Positions 40,487-51,314 are shown, counted from the stretch's first letter. The stretch: DNA of 64,000 nucleotides from an uncultured Verrucomicrobiae bacterium (GCA_963772365.1 CAVYXA010000001.1:800001-864000), one strand, 5' to 3'. Numbers and translations: made by a program. Notes: generated by a model from the sequence alone, not told the origin.

Positions 40487-40696
40487 TCAGTTCACCCGAC
40501 GCGATGGATTTCGTTTGCGGCTGGCGCGCGTCACTTTTACCGAAAGGCGATGTCGCGAACTTCCCGACGAGCGCTGTTTATTTTCTAGGCTCGCCATTTC
40601 TCGATCGATTTCCTGGATTTCTGCCATTAATGCTTGCCGCCGTTTGGAAAGTTTCATGAGCTCCTGCAGAGTCGTTCTCGGGAGATTCGTCACCAT
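40487..40696 (-). CDS. Small basic coiled-coil protein (possibly DNA-binding)
   Basis: LQELMKLSKRRQALMAEIQEID plus an Arg/Lys-rich tail. Confidence 0.55.
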   Translation of the reverse strand: MVTNLPRTTLQELMKLSKRRQALMAEIQEIDREMASLENKQRSSGSSRHRLSVKVTRASRKRNPSRRVN

Positions 40697-40760
40697 GCGC
40701 TACCTTCTCGCGTCGGATCGACAACGCAACTCCTGAACACAACCCTGGCCGATTGCGCAA

Positions 40761-41102
40761 CTAGGATGGAAACTCGCGGGCCCTGGAAACAGCGGCGATC
40801 AAACTCAGCGTAATGATGGCAAGGCCACAGCCAAGCGAGATGGCGAATACCCACATTACCGGGAGCGCCATGATGCGCCCAAGCGCGACGGCGATGAAAC
40901 GACCGCCATCGGAGAGAACATAGGCCAGCGCGCTGGCAATCAGAGTAATCCCAAGAAGAATGATCGCACGCAGTGACTGGTGGCTCTGACGAACCGGCAG
41001 CTTTTGCAAGACGCTCCGGGTGAAGCCGCCATCGTCGATGTAGGGCGCGGCTTCGCGCAATTGTTGATCCAACCAATCTTCCCGCTCCACTTCGTCCATC
41101 AT
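40761..41102 (-). CDS. Putative anti-sigma membrane protein
   Basis: YIDDGGFTRSVLQKLP and two TM segments; follows an ECF sigma gene. Confidence 0.75.
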   Translation of the reverse strand: MMDEVEREDWLDQQLREAAPYIDDGGFTRSVLQKLPVRQSHQSLRAIILLGITLIASALAYVLSDGGRFIAVALGRIMALPVMWVFAISLGCGLAIITLSLIAAVSRAREFPS

Positions 41103-41104
41103 AA

Positions 41105-41642
41105 TTAATTCGGCCCCCAGGCAGCAAGCATCCGTTTCAATTTTTCCCGGCCGCGAAGCACGTTTGTTTTCACCGTGCCGAGCGGAATGTCCAACACTCG
41201 TGATGCTTCGTCATGCGATAAACCATTCTGACAACAAAGCACGATGGCCGTGCGCTCGTGCAATGGAAGCAAACTCAACGCATGCATAAGATCGTGTTTG
41301 AGCGCAGGATCGACAGTCTGCGGATCCTGCTGGGCTTCGAGCTGGGCTTCGTCAATCCCGACGAGCTCTTTGCGGCGACGCGCATCTTCCCGGAAACAAT
41401 TATAAGCAATGCGATAAAGCCAGGTTGAGAACCGCGCTTCGCCCCGAAAACCGCGAATATTTTTGTAGGCGCGCAAAAAAGTTTCCTGCGCCAGATCGTC
41501 GGCCAGGGCCGACATCGGTGCGAGTAAGTTGCCGGAGGAGACCGCGCACGGTGGATTGATGCCGACGGACCAGCTCGCCGAACGCGTGCTGGTCATCATC
41601 GACAAGGACCCTGGCAACGAGGTTTGCATCAGTCAGCTCCAC
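41105..41642 (-). CDS. ECF sigma factor (frameshift near 41510)
   Basis: AFGELVRRH, ADDLAQETF, FSTWLYRIAYN, IPLGTVKT. Confidence 0.92.
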
Positions 41643-41652
41643 GGGGCCGAGG

Positions 41653-42306
41653 CTACGGTAACGGCGGGGGATTGTCTTTCTTAGTATCCAACTTCCATAC
41701 AAGCAGATAGCCGAGCCCGATGAAGAACGGGATCAGGCCGATACTCCAGGCACCGCCTTCCCACTCGTTCACCGCCGCAAAAAACAACATGATGCCGAGG
41801 CCGACCATCACCAGCACCACGCCGCGACGCATATCGGAACGCTGACGTTGCGCTACTGGCGGAGCAGCAAGCAAAGCCGCCGGAACTTCCTGACCCTTCT
41901 CCACCATCATCCGCACGGTCTTATGGAGTTGGCGCGACTTCGACATGCTGAAATAGAGGATCACGGCAACGATTAAAACCGGCGCACCGAACACGGTGAA
42001 CATGGTGATGGCGACGATCAAACCGACCATGCCAGGAATATCTCCGTCGTGATCGCCGAAATGATCGCTGATCTTGTCCACATCATGGTCACCGATCGTT
42101 ACGTGAAGGTGTCTCTTGAGTTTGTTTTGAATCGCGCGCTCCAAATCGCTTTCATCCGTTGGACTCGGCGAGGCGGTAGCCGCAGGTGAGATCGCGGCCC
42201 TGGCCGGAGCCGCGTCCGGAGTGATCGTAGGCGACTGACCAATGACCTTCCAAGACAGGGCGGTGAGACAGATACAAATTAGGAAGAGAGTTTTGAAAGC
42301 ATTCAT
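41653..42306 (-). CDS. DUF6249-like membrane protein of the ECF operon
   Basis: LHKTVRMMVEKG, DMRRGVVL, GLIPFFIGLGYL. Confidence 0.75.
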   Translation of the reverse strand: MNAFKTLFLICICLTALSWKVIGQSPTITPDAAPARAAISPAATASPSPTDESDLERAIQNKLKRHLHVTIGDHDVDKISDHFGDHDGDIPGMVGLIVAITMFTVFGAPVLIVAVILYFSMSKSRQLHKTVRMMVEKGQEVPAALLAAPPVAQRQRSDMRRGVVLVMVGLGIMLFFAAVNEWEGGAWSIGLIPFFIGLGYLLVWKLDTKKDNPPPLP

Positions 42307-42377
42307 TTGTCAGTGGGATGCTTCGACCCTGCCGTTTGGATTCAAAAATCTGGCTCACCCATATGCCTCAGCGCAGC

Positions 42378-43037
42378 CTATGTTCCGACCGACTTGCGCT
42401 CAATGAGGGCGCGATAGACCAGGCCTCCCGTGGCGCCGCCAATCAGAGGTCCAATCCAATAAACGTAATGAGCTTTCCAAAAGTTCGCCGCCAGTGCCGG
42501 TCCAAAAACACGAGCGGGATTCATGGCAGCGCCGGTGAGCGGCCCGCCGAACAAGATGTCGAGGGTAATTGTGGATCCTATGACCAAGCCTGCGATGCGA
42601 CGCGGGCCACGTTCATCCACGGCAGTGCCGTAAACAACGAATACCAGGAAGAAGGTCAGAATTGCTTCGACGAGTATTCCCTGCCCCGGTGTCAGATTAA
42701 TTGCCAGTTGCGGCGTGCCGGTAACGACAACATCGCGACCGAACAGCCCCAGACAAATCAAGGCCGCAGTGAGTGCCCCCAAGCACTGCGCAACCCAGTA
42801 TCGCAGAGCGTTCAAAATGGTCATATGACCACCGCAGAGAAGACCAAACGTCACGGCCGGGTTCAGTTGTCCACCAGAGATATGCATCGTTGCAGAGACG
42901 AATGCGGCGATAGTCAATCCATGAGCGACAGCGACCGCCAGGGTATCGAAGCCGGCTGTCTTAATCGCGCCGATGCCGACAAAAATGAGCGCAAACGTCC
43001 CCACGAATTCAGCAAGCATTTGACGAAATTTGTCCAT
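42378..43037 (-). CDS. MIP-family channel (aquaporin)
   Basis: AEFVGTF and two NPA motifs. Confidence 0.96.
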   Translation of the reverse strand: MDKFRQMLAEFVGTFALIFVGIGAIKTAGFDTLAVAVAHGLTIAAFVSATMHISGGQLNPAVTFGLLCGGHMTILNALRYWVAQCLGALTAALICLGLFGRDVVVTGTPQLAINLTPGQGILVEAILTFFLVFVVYGTAVDERGPRRIAGLVIGSTITLDILFGGPLTGAAMNPARVFGPALAANFWKAHYVYWIGPLIGGATGGLVYRALIERKSVGT

Positions 43038-43100
43038 GCCGCGATCCAAACAAATCGGCCACGGGCTGACAACTCGTTTTCTCTTTTATTCTAACCAGCC

Positions 43101-45629
43101 TTAACTGCTTCCCGCTGCATAATTCGGGTAGCGCTCGTGCAGCTCACGACTGGCTCGGCCCGCTTCGTCGATTTTGCCCGCCTGGCGATACGCGGATGCA
43201 GCTTTTTCCAGCGCGCGTGGAGTAATGGCCGGATCATCGTAAAGCAGGGCGACACCCATGAACGCTTTGCCCGCTTCGTCGAAGTTGCCCCGCTCCAGTT
43301 GCACATCGCCGGCCAGCAAACGCGCTTCGGCATTGACTCTGCCCCTCCGGTTGCAACACCATGATTTGCTCCGCGATCTTTTGCGCTTCATCGGGCTTAT
43401 GCGCGCCGATCTTTACCGCGCCAAGCGCCAGCAACACTTTTGCTTTTCCCGCCGGATCGGTCGCTGTCGTGTAGATACTTTTCAAATGCTTCTTCGGCCT
43501 CGCCGAAATCCTTCTGCTTCGACGCCGCGTCGCCGAAATAAAACCAGAAATCCGGCTTCACATTGGCGAGATTGTCAATCTTACCGAGAGCGGTCAGGTA
43601 TTTCTCGGCGGCTTCGTAGTTCTTCTCGTTGTAAAATTCGATGCCCGAGCCATTCCAGAACTTCGGCCGGCACATTCGTTTCCGGCGCGGCCGCCATGAA
43701 ATCGTTTACTTCCTTCGTAAGTCCGGTGCGATCTTTCAGATAAAAATAGCAGAGAATAACGCGGAGCGAGGCTAGATTGTAGTATTGCTCTTTATTCAGC
43801 TGCCGGGCGGCCTGCAACGCAGCGCAGTGCCGCCTTGTATTCCTTGGCATCAAAAGCGGCTTTGCCGATATAATACTGGGCCTGCGCGGCGACCGAGCTC
43901 TTCGGAAATTCTTTCAGAAGCTGGCGAAATGTTTGTGCCATTCCTTTGCGTCTTCCTGTTGCCCGAGAATCAGCGCCTTGAATTGCAACGCCGCTTCGCG
44001 TTCGTGCGCCTTTGGATATTTGTTAAGAATCGTGTTTAGAATCCGACAAGCGGCCGCGATAGTTTTTGTCCTGCTGATAGGCCAGCGCGCGTTGGGCCAA
44101 AACGGTCGGCGTTTCCGCGCTGTCCGGAAATGCGTCCAGAGAAATACGTGAATGCTTCGACCGTGCCGGCAACGTTCTTTAACTGCACATTGCACAAGCC
44201 CAGCTTATATGCGCATTCCGCCCGCAGATTCGGCGACAGTTTTGACACGCGCAGCTCGGCATAGATTGGAGCCGCCTCGGCATAATTCTGCTGTTTGTAG
44301 AGCGCTTCCGCTTTCAATAGTTTCGCCTGATCGGCACGCTCGGCCGGCCGGGTTCGACTCCAAGTATTTATCCACCTCGGCTAAAAGCGCCGAGGGATCG
44401 GCGTTATAAACGTTAATCAGTCGCTGATAGGCGGCGTCTTTGGCTTCCCCGCGCTCTGGAAATTGCGAAATGATCACGCTGTACAGCTATTCTGCTTCCT
44501 CGGTTTCGACCCAGTTGCCGTTCGCTGTTTGCCGCCAGCAACATCACTTCGGCCTGCCCGGCTTCAGGAAGATCGGGCAGTTCTTTTTTATATTCGGCCA
44601 GCAACTTTTCGTATTGGCCTGTTACGATATTGCAGCCGGTGAAAAGCAACTTGCGCGATCGCGCGAAATTTTCCTTCCGCAGAAGCTCGTCCTTTTTGCA
44701 GCAGACTGCTCGCTCTCTCGGCCATGGCCTTGTCGATCTTGCCGTTCGCGTCTGGATCAAGATCGATAGCGATCATTCCGCCGCGCACTGCCGCTTCCGC
44801 TCTCAGAGCCGGTTTCTGCGCTTCACTCGCCAAAGCTTCATATTGTTTCAACGCTTCGGCTTTCTTTCCCCGCCGAAACAAAAATCGCCGCCGCCGCCAA
44901 CCTCGAATCCTCCCGATACGGGTTCGGATTTTTCGCGTCAATTACCTGCTGATAAATGTCCGCCGCTTCGTCTTTGCGATCGAGCATCTCCAAACAACGC
45001 GCCTCGAAGTAACGAGCCGAAAGGGCTACGGCGGGTTCTTTCGATTTGGCCGCCGCCCGGTGAAACAGCGGCAGCGCTTCCGCATAATCTTTCTCCGTAA
45101 ACGCGGTCTCGGCCAGCACGTAGGCAGCAGGGCCGGCAAATTCACTGTCACCATAATCGTCGAGAATTCTTCGGAAAGCTTTTCCGCGCCGAGCCGGAGC
45201 GACCGAACGCACGATACGATTCGCCGAGGAAAAAATAAGCACTCGCCCGGCCGGGCGCGCCGGGATAATCCTCCAGAAATATTTTCGAATTCGGGAATAG
45301 CCAGATCGTGAAGCTTCCGTCGCAAAAAGAGCGTTGGCATAATCAAGCTGACGTTTATCCGGCGCGACGGTTTCCGTTGGCGGAACCTGTTGAGGAGTTG
45401 CTTCTACCGCCGGAGGCGGAAATTGCGGAGCGATCAATCGGCGCCTGCGGCGCTGGATATGGCGGAAACGGGAACAGCGCGCGGCAGAGGAGTCTGATAG
45501 ACAGGTTGGGCGCGTCGCACTTCCGGAGGATATTGCGCAAAAAGGAAATCTGCGCTCAAGACCAGCGTAATCAGCCCGTCGCCATTTGACTGATTCGTCC
45601 GGCGGCGAACAAGAGTTTTCTCGAACCAT
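43101..45629 (-). CDS. Large TPR protein (BamD/CpoB-like repeats) with multiple frameshifts
   Basis: TPR helices across at least 7 consecutive ORF fragments, downstream of exbD; start approximate. Confidence 0.7.
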
Positions 45630-45636
45630 CCCATTC

Positions 45637-46045
45637 CTATTTCGCCGTGGCGAAGGCGACGTTGGTCACGCCGGCTTCGGTGCAAACGTTGAGCACGCCG
45701 ATGACATTTTTGTAAGCGCCGGTTTCATCTCCACGGATGATAACCGCTTGCTCGGAGTTGAGCTGGATCAGATTTTTCAGCAGATCGGCCAGCTGACTCT
45801 TCCGTCAGTGTTCGCCGATTCACCACCACGCTGCCGTCGGATTTCACATTCACCACCACGTCGCCCGGCGGCGCGATATGTTCTTTCGCGGCTGCTGCCT
45901 TTGGCACTTTCACATCCAATTCATTCTCATTACGCGCCGCATTCCAGGTGAGCAGGAAGAAAATCAATAACAGCAACAGCACATCCACCAACGGCGCGAG
46001 CTGAATACCGGGATGATGCAAGGGAGCGTGGCCGCGCAAATTCAT
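45637..46045 (-). CDS. exbD: ExbD/TolR biopolymer transport protein (frameshift near 45795)
   Basis: LAPLVDVLLLLLIFF; VIIRGD appears in the shifted frame. Confidence 0.88.
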
Positions 46046-46049
46046 GGTT

Positions 46050-46098
46050 CGGGATTCGAGATGCGGGATGCGGGATTCGGGACACGAGATTCGGGATC
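46050..46098. repeat. Heptamer array, 7 x CGRGAYN
   Basis: CGGGATT CGAGATG CGGGATG CGGGATT CGGGACA CGAGATT CGGGATC. Confidence 0.9.
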
Positions 46099-46105
46099 GG
46101 GCATT

Positions 46106-46486
46106 TCAGTGCGGGTCTGCGCGATGGTCGCGCTCCACACTTTCAATGAATAGATTAAGTTTCCGCCCGAGCAGATCCAGTTGGGCGGCCACATCGCGAT
46201 AAACAGTTTCGTTTGTCAACGAGCCCGTTTCAAAAATTGTTTCCAAGTGATCGATGGTTTCATCGCACGAAGCGTGAGCAAAGACGAGGAAGCGAATAAA
46301 CTCCTGCTTGTAACGCCGCCGGCCATAACCCTCAACAATATTACTGCGTCTGGATTTCGCGGAGCGGCGAATCTGGCTTGCTTCCTCATACATCTCGAAT
46401 TGCGGAAGTTCACGCAGCGTCATCCAGTGCCCGTCGATTAGGACCTGTCGCGCCAACTGCCAAATCTCAAGACTTCGATAGCTCAT
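46106..46486 (-). CDS. Four-helix-bundle protein (23S rRNA IVS protein/Avd-like family)
   Basis: [46 protein letters not shown]. Confidence 0.92.
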   Translation of the reverse strand: MSYRSLEIWQLARQVLIDGHWMTLRELPQFEMYEEASQIRRSAKSRRSNIVEGYGRRRYKQEFIRFLVFAHASCDETIDHLETIFETGSLTNETVYRDVAAQLDLLGRKLNLFIESVERDHRADPH

Positions 46487-46493
46487 CCCAATT

Positions 46494-46528
46494 ATCTCGC
46501 ATCCCGAATCCCGAATCCCGCATCCCAT
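46494..46528. repeat. Heptamer array, inverted relative to 46050-46098
   Basis: ATCTCGC ATCCCGA ATCCCGA ATCCCGC ATCCCAT. Confidence 0.88.
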
Positions 46529-47303
46529 CAAATCTCGTCCTCGATGAGCACGGGCGTTCGCTCCAGACCCGCTTTTCGTATTGCAGCGAAAGCAAGGCCA
46601 AAACGTGGGTGGCCGCTGCTTCCAAGTCGGAAATCAATCTCTGGGCACGTCCGCGAAAAAATGCGTAAAAGATCATGGCAGGAATGCCGATCGCCAGACC
46701 GGCGGCCGTATTGACCAGCGCCTGACTGATTCCCTGCGAGAGTGCAACATAACGGGCCGATCCGATGTCCGTGCCGAGCGCACCGAAGGAATGGATGATC
46801 CCGATCACAGTCCCGAGTAATCCAAGCAAAGGTGCGATCATGCCGATATCAGCCAGATAGACGACCCGATTATTCAGGCTGGCCGCGACGCGAGTTCCTT
46901 CCGTTTGTGCGATCTCGCGGACTTGCTCGAACTGAGCATTGGGATTTTTGGTGGTGAAATCGAGCACCTTTTGCACGATTCGCGCGATGGCCTCGCCATG
47001 CCGATTGGATACCGCCAGCAGACCGAGATAATCGCGTTTCCGCAGAAGCGCGTCGGCCGTGGCCATGAATCCGCTGGAGACAATGGCCCCGCGGCGGATC
47101 GTCATCAGATAAGTGATCACGAGCATGATCGAGAAGATCGACAACAGAAAGAGCGGGATCATCACCGGCCCGGCTTTGATCAGCGCATCGAGCACGGTTT
47201 TTCGGTGCGGCAAATCGATCAAGGATGAAGGCGTTGGCGTCGCAGTTTGCGCGAAAAGCGGCGTCGCAATCACCGCCGCGATGAGGAGGAAAATTTTTTT
47301 CAT
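46528..47303 (-). CDS. exbB: MotA/TolQ/ExbB proton channel (probable frameshift near the 3' end)
   Basis: [34 protein letters not shown]; the shifted frame ends [12 protein letters not shown]. Confidence 0.9.
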
Positions 47304-47404
47304 GCGGAGAATCGGTTAATCATAGACGAGACCATTGCCGATGCAATAGACCTACAGACGTGTCCGCCCGCTAATTTGCTCAAACTTAACAGTTGTAACT
47401 AAAG

Positions 47405-47533
47405 CAAACCAGCATCGGATCGATCGGGACGAGTGGACGGATGAATTCGACAATTGAGGGATGTCTTTGGCCTTAAACTGGCGCCCGCGACGCTTGAGCC
47501 TCGTGCTTTCCAATTCGCTCACGCGTAGCAGCT
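47405..47533 (-). pseudogene. Diverged copy of the last 42 codons of the GT9 gene
   Basis: Aligns to 47792-47921, mostly with synonymous changes. Confidence 0.85.
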
Positions 47534-47609
47534 AGCCAAGAGTCCCTGAAAGGGGTTCGGTCCTTTTTTCTTGGATTTTCTTGACCGTTTTCTGGGATAC
47601 GGGTCGATG

Positions 47610-47722
47610 GAAAGCGATTCGGTGACGCGCCGGACTCCAAAGCGCTGTGCGCGAAACCGTAAGATGCTCGATTCAATTTTTGCGGAAGCTTTCGGAGTGC
47701 GGGGCGTCCCCGCACCGCTTTT
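47610..47722. repeat. Family E REP-like inverted pair
   Basis: AAAGCG..GGACTCCAAAGCGC and TTCGGAGTGCG..CCGCTTTT. Confidence 0.7.
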
Positions 47723-47790
47723 AAAAACAGCAGACCAAAAGAAGGTCGTATCTTTAAATATTCAAGATTTGCTGACGAGCCTGTGATTGG

Positions 47791-48775
47791 TCAAACGAGC
47801 ATCGGATCAATCGGGACGAGTGGGCGGATGAGTTCGACAATGGCGGGGACGTCTTTCGTTTTAAACTGACGACCGCGACGCTTAAGCCTGGTGCTTTCCA
47901 ATTGGCTTACGCGCAAGAGCTGACCGTGTTTCCAAATCCAGGCATCGGGATTGTAGGGACCGACCCGGCGCGGATCGGTCCAGGTGTGGATCGACAGGAG
48001 ATTGTCGGTGGAAGCGGCGGCGATATGCATCGGGCCGCTATCGACGCTGATGACGAAGTGCGCTTTGCGAATCAAATGACAGAGCTGGAGCAATGTCGTC
48101 TGGTTCGTTAGATCGACACAGTTGTCGAGCGCGCGCGATTGCTGCTGGGATTTTCCTACTATGACGACCCGGGTCGGCGCGAAAGCGGCAGAGATTTCTG
48201 CAATTACGACGTTGGAAAGCGATTTGCCGCCGCCGCGCGCGAATGGATGCAGCAAAATGAATGGCGGATATTCGTCGAATCGCGGGAGCGGATCGCCACT
48301 GGGAATTTGGCAACGCAGCGCGTTGCCAACTCGCGCACCGGCGAGTTTCGGCAAGTTTAAGATAACGTTCGACCGCGTGATCTCGTCGGTTGACTTTGGC
48401 AACGCGATCGTAAAAGAACCGCGAGCCTTCACGGGCATCGCTCATTCCGTAGACTTGTTTCGCGCCGCTGATCTTGGCAATGAGCGCGCTGCGAAGCAGT
48501 CCCTGGAAATCGAGGGCGAGATCGGGTCGCAGCATTCGCGTGCTTTTCCACCATGGCCCAAAGCTTCGCGGGGCGCCGATTCCGGCGAAATCATTCCGGG
48601 GAAAAACGTGGACATGATTGACATCAGGATTTCCGCGAAGAATTGGCGTGAACTCGGGATTAATCACCCATGTGATCTCGGCCTTCGGGTAAGTGTCGCG
48701 GACGAGAGAGACCGCCGGCAGCGTGTGAACGATATCGCCGAGTGAGCTCGGTTTAATGATGAGGATGGAGTTCAC
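47791..48775 (-). CDS. Glycosyltransferase family 9 (heptosyltransferase-like; frameshift near 48340)
   Basis: ILIIKPSSLGDIVH, DFQGLLRS, DSGPMHIAAA. Confidence 0.92.
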
Positions 48776-48783
48776 GGATCAGG

Positions 48784-48856
48784 CGTGGATCGTGAATCGA
48801 GAATCGAGAATCGGCAACCAAGAACCGATTTAACGATGTAACGAATCACCGAATTC
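48784..48856. repeat. Intergenic heptamer and octamer arrays
   Basis: CGTGGAT CGTGAAT CGAGAAT CGAGAAT; GATTTAAC GATGTAAC GAATCACC. Confidence 0.65.
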
Positions 48857-48867
48857 GATTGTCGATC

Positions 48868-49620
48868 TTATTTTCCTATCGCCAATCGTTCCGCCAGCAA
48901 CGGGGGCAAGCCGGCCTTAATTATTTTCTTTTGCGTAGTAGCAAGATCGTATTTTACCCGGCGTTGCTCGACATCGTTCGATTCGACATCGTAAATGCAG
49001 TAGGCGGCCCGCCAATCTCTGTCGCGCGGCTGGCCGACGCTGCCGACATTAATGAAATATTTTTTACCCGGATCAATCCGGAGATGCTCGATTGCCATCC
49101 TCTGAATGCCGTCGTCACGGACAAAGGCCACCGGAACATGGGTGTGCCCGAAAAAACAGATCGGGGTGTGTTGATAATTGAAGCTGGCTGCCGCGTCGAG
49201 ATTATTGAACACATAACCCCATTGCTCGGGCGTATCGAGTGTCGCATGGACGATGGTGAAATCGCCCGCCTTCGCCGAAACTTCGGCCGGCACGCGCATC
49301 TGGCGTTGTAATTTCAGATTGCCCAGCCATTCCTTGTCCTCGTTGGGTAAATGCTCGCGGGTCCAGGCGATGGCGTGTTCGGCCAGCTCATTGAAGTCGC
49401 GCGATGATTCACCGAGTAAAGCCTGCTCGTCATGATTACCTTTGACGATCGGGCAATCCATTTCTCGGACTCGCTCGACGCACTCATGCGGATTGGCGTT
49501 GTAACCGACCACATCGCCCAGGCAAACAAAGTGCGTGCACTTGCGCGCCTTGGCATCGGCCATCACAGCTTCGAACGCCTCGAGATTCGCGTGAATGTCG
49601 CTAAAAATGGCGAAGCGCAC
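48868..49620 (-). CDS. Metallophosphoesterase with a 10-aa repeat-derived insertion
   Basis: SDIHAN, GDVVGY, GNHD, GHTH, NVGSVGQPRD. Confidence 0.93.
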   Translation of the reverse strand: MRFAIFSDIHANLEAFEAVMADAKARKCTHFVCLGDVVGYNANPHECVERVREMDCPIVKGNHDEQALLGESSRDFNELAEHAIAWTREHLPNEDKEWLGNLKLQRQMRVPAEVSAKAGDFTIVHATLDTPEQWGYVFNNLDAAASFNYQHTPICFFGHTHVPVAFVRDDGIQRMAIEHLRIDPGKKYFINVGSVGQPRDRDWRAAYCIYDVESNDVEQRRVKYDLATTQKKIIKAGLPPLLAERLAIGK

Positions 49621-49626
49621 GGAGGA

Positions 49627-49696
49627 AGTTAGAAGAGTTACAAAGGTTACAAAGTTAAAATTCTGCAGGTCGATGTAACTTTTTAACCTTGTAACG
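49627..49696. repeat. Inverted GTTA(C/A)AA 8-9-mer arrays
   Basis: AGTTAGAAG AGTTACAAA GGTTACAA AGTTAAAA ... TGTAACT TTTTAACC TTGTAAC. Confidence 0.65.
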
Positions 49697-50447
49697 GTTG
49701 CTCCGGAATCCGCTGATCCGGCGCAATATTCAGTTTGTCCTCGAGAAATTTGAGTCGCTTGATCAGCGTAGGCAGCCGTTCCTGCTCACTGAGATCGTAA
49801 AGTTGACGCAGTCGTTGGTAGGCTTCGCGCTCTTTTCCCTCGCAGTAGGAAAGCTCGTAAGCTGCGAAACGCTTGTCGTAACTCGGCGCGCCGGGCAGGG
49901 CCGCCGCTCTAGCATAATAACGGGATGCGAGAAGATGATCGTGATATTTCTGCTGATAAAGCCGGGCCATCTCTTCGTAGAGCTGCGGTTTATCGGGATT
50001 ATTTTCGATTCCGCGTTCGAGGAAATCCCTGCCAAGCGCAAGATACTCCCGGTGCGCTTTTACCCGCAAAGCCAGGCGCGACTGAGAAGTATCGTTCATC
50101 GCCGCGGTGCTGGCATTCCAAGCCATCTGCCAGGCGGCTGTGTCCCAGAACAGAACCGAGTGCGGTTGCAAAGTTGTGATCTGTCGGAAGAGAAACAGGA
50201 TCCGGCCCCATTCGGTTCGTTCCCAGGCGACGTATGCCTTGATAAAAAGGACATCTGCCACGGCAGCACGAAACCCGCTCATCGCGGCGATGAATCCGAG
50301 CTGCCCGAGCTTTTGTCGCAGGTCGAGGTTGAATTCGACCGCGCCTACGCGCTGTTGTCGATGTTCCAGGAAAATAGCGCGCTCCGCTGGTAGCTTTAGA
50401 ACACCGAAGACGAAAACTATTGAGAGAACGGAGAATACCCGCATCAT
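49683..50447 (-). CDS. Hypothetical TPR-like protein of the ABC operon
   Basis: SGFRAAVAD, AWQMAWN, FLERGIENNP; coupled to the permease gene. Confidence 0.75.
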   Translation of the reverse strand: MMRVFSVLSIVFVFGVLKLPAERAIFLEHRQQRVGAVEFNLDLRQKLGQLGFIAAMSGFRAAVADVLFIKAYVAWERTEWGRILFLFRQITTLQPHSVLFWDTAAWQMAWNASTAAMNDTSQSRLALRVKAHREYLALGRDFLERGIENNPDKPQLYEEMARLYQQKYHDHLLASRYYARAAALPGAPSYDKRFAAYELSYCEGKEREAYQRLRQLYDLSEQERLPTLIKRLKFLEDKLNIAPDQRIPEQPLQG

Positions 50448-51304
50448 AATTCTTTGCCGTAAAACACGAATCCGGCGAGCAAGGAGTAGATCGTTGTGTA
50501 AAAAACACCCAGCAGCGCCGTTTGAAGAAATAGGCCAACCGGGACCGCCGCGCCAGCCACGACATCATCGACAAGATTGAATGCCTGCAAATCAGGAAAG
50601 ATGAGTGCGACGACGCCGAGCAGAGCGCGCGTTACCCAGCCGCTGCTGTGTTCCTGGAGCCAATACTCGCGCGCGATCGCTTGGAGATGACCTATTAAAT
50701 ACACGAACACCATCACCACCACCGTGAACACGCTCGAGGTGGCGAAAGTGGAAACAAAGAGAGTCAGCGCCGCCAACAAGCAGGCCTTCAAATAAATGAC
50801 CACTATGCCGGGAAAGAGATTGGCGTTCAGGGCCGAAGAGCGGATGGCGCGCAGAGCATCTTCAACTTGTTCCCGCGGCGCGGCCGACATTTGCCGGGCC
50901 GTCGTCTGCAACATGACTTGCTCCCGGAGATAAAGGACAGCGATGAAAAGGGCGCTCATCAAAAGCACGCTGATCGCGAGCAATAGAAGAACTCCGATCA
51001 ATTTTCCCACAATGTATTCAAACCGCGCCACCGGTTTGGCCAGAATTGTGTAAACGGTTCGATCTTCAATGTCCTGCGAGATTAACCGAGCCGTAGCCAG
51101 AATCGCCAGCAAAGAAGTGAAGATCGACATCGCGCCGAGCGAAACATCTTTCAGTATTTGGAACTCCTCCTGAAAGGTGAATCGCACCAGCACCATGGAA
51201 CTCGCGATCAGACCCAGGGCAAAGATCAGGATGAAATAGAAGACCTTTTGCCGGGTCAGATCGGTCAACGTGTTGCCGGTGATCGCGGAGAGACGGCGAA
51301 TCAT
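50444..51304 (-). CDS. ABC-2 type permease
   Basis: DIEDRTVYTILAKPVARFEYIVGK; about 6 TM segments. Confidence 0.9.
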   Translation of the reverse strand: MIRRLSAITGNTLTDLTRQKVFYFILIFALGLIASSMVLVRFTFQEEFQILKDVSLGAMSIFTSLLAILATARLISQDIEDRTVYTILAKPVARFEYIVGKLIGVLLLLAISVLLMSALFIAVLYLREQVMLQTTARQMSAAPREQVEDALRAIRSSALNANLFPGIVVIYLKACLLAALTLFVSTFATSSVFTVVVMVFVYLIGHLQAIAREYWLQEHSSGWVTRALLGVVALIFPDLQAFNLVDDVVAGAAVPVGLFLQTALLGVFYTTIYSLLAGFVFYGKEL

Positions 51305-51314
51305 GACTGGTCAA

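Noticed and set aside
47405..47921. DGR template/variable repeat pair, suggested by the Avd-like gene nearby
   Set aside because: The differences are mostly third-position synonymous and not adenine-specific, and there is no reverse transcriptase in the window.
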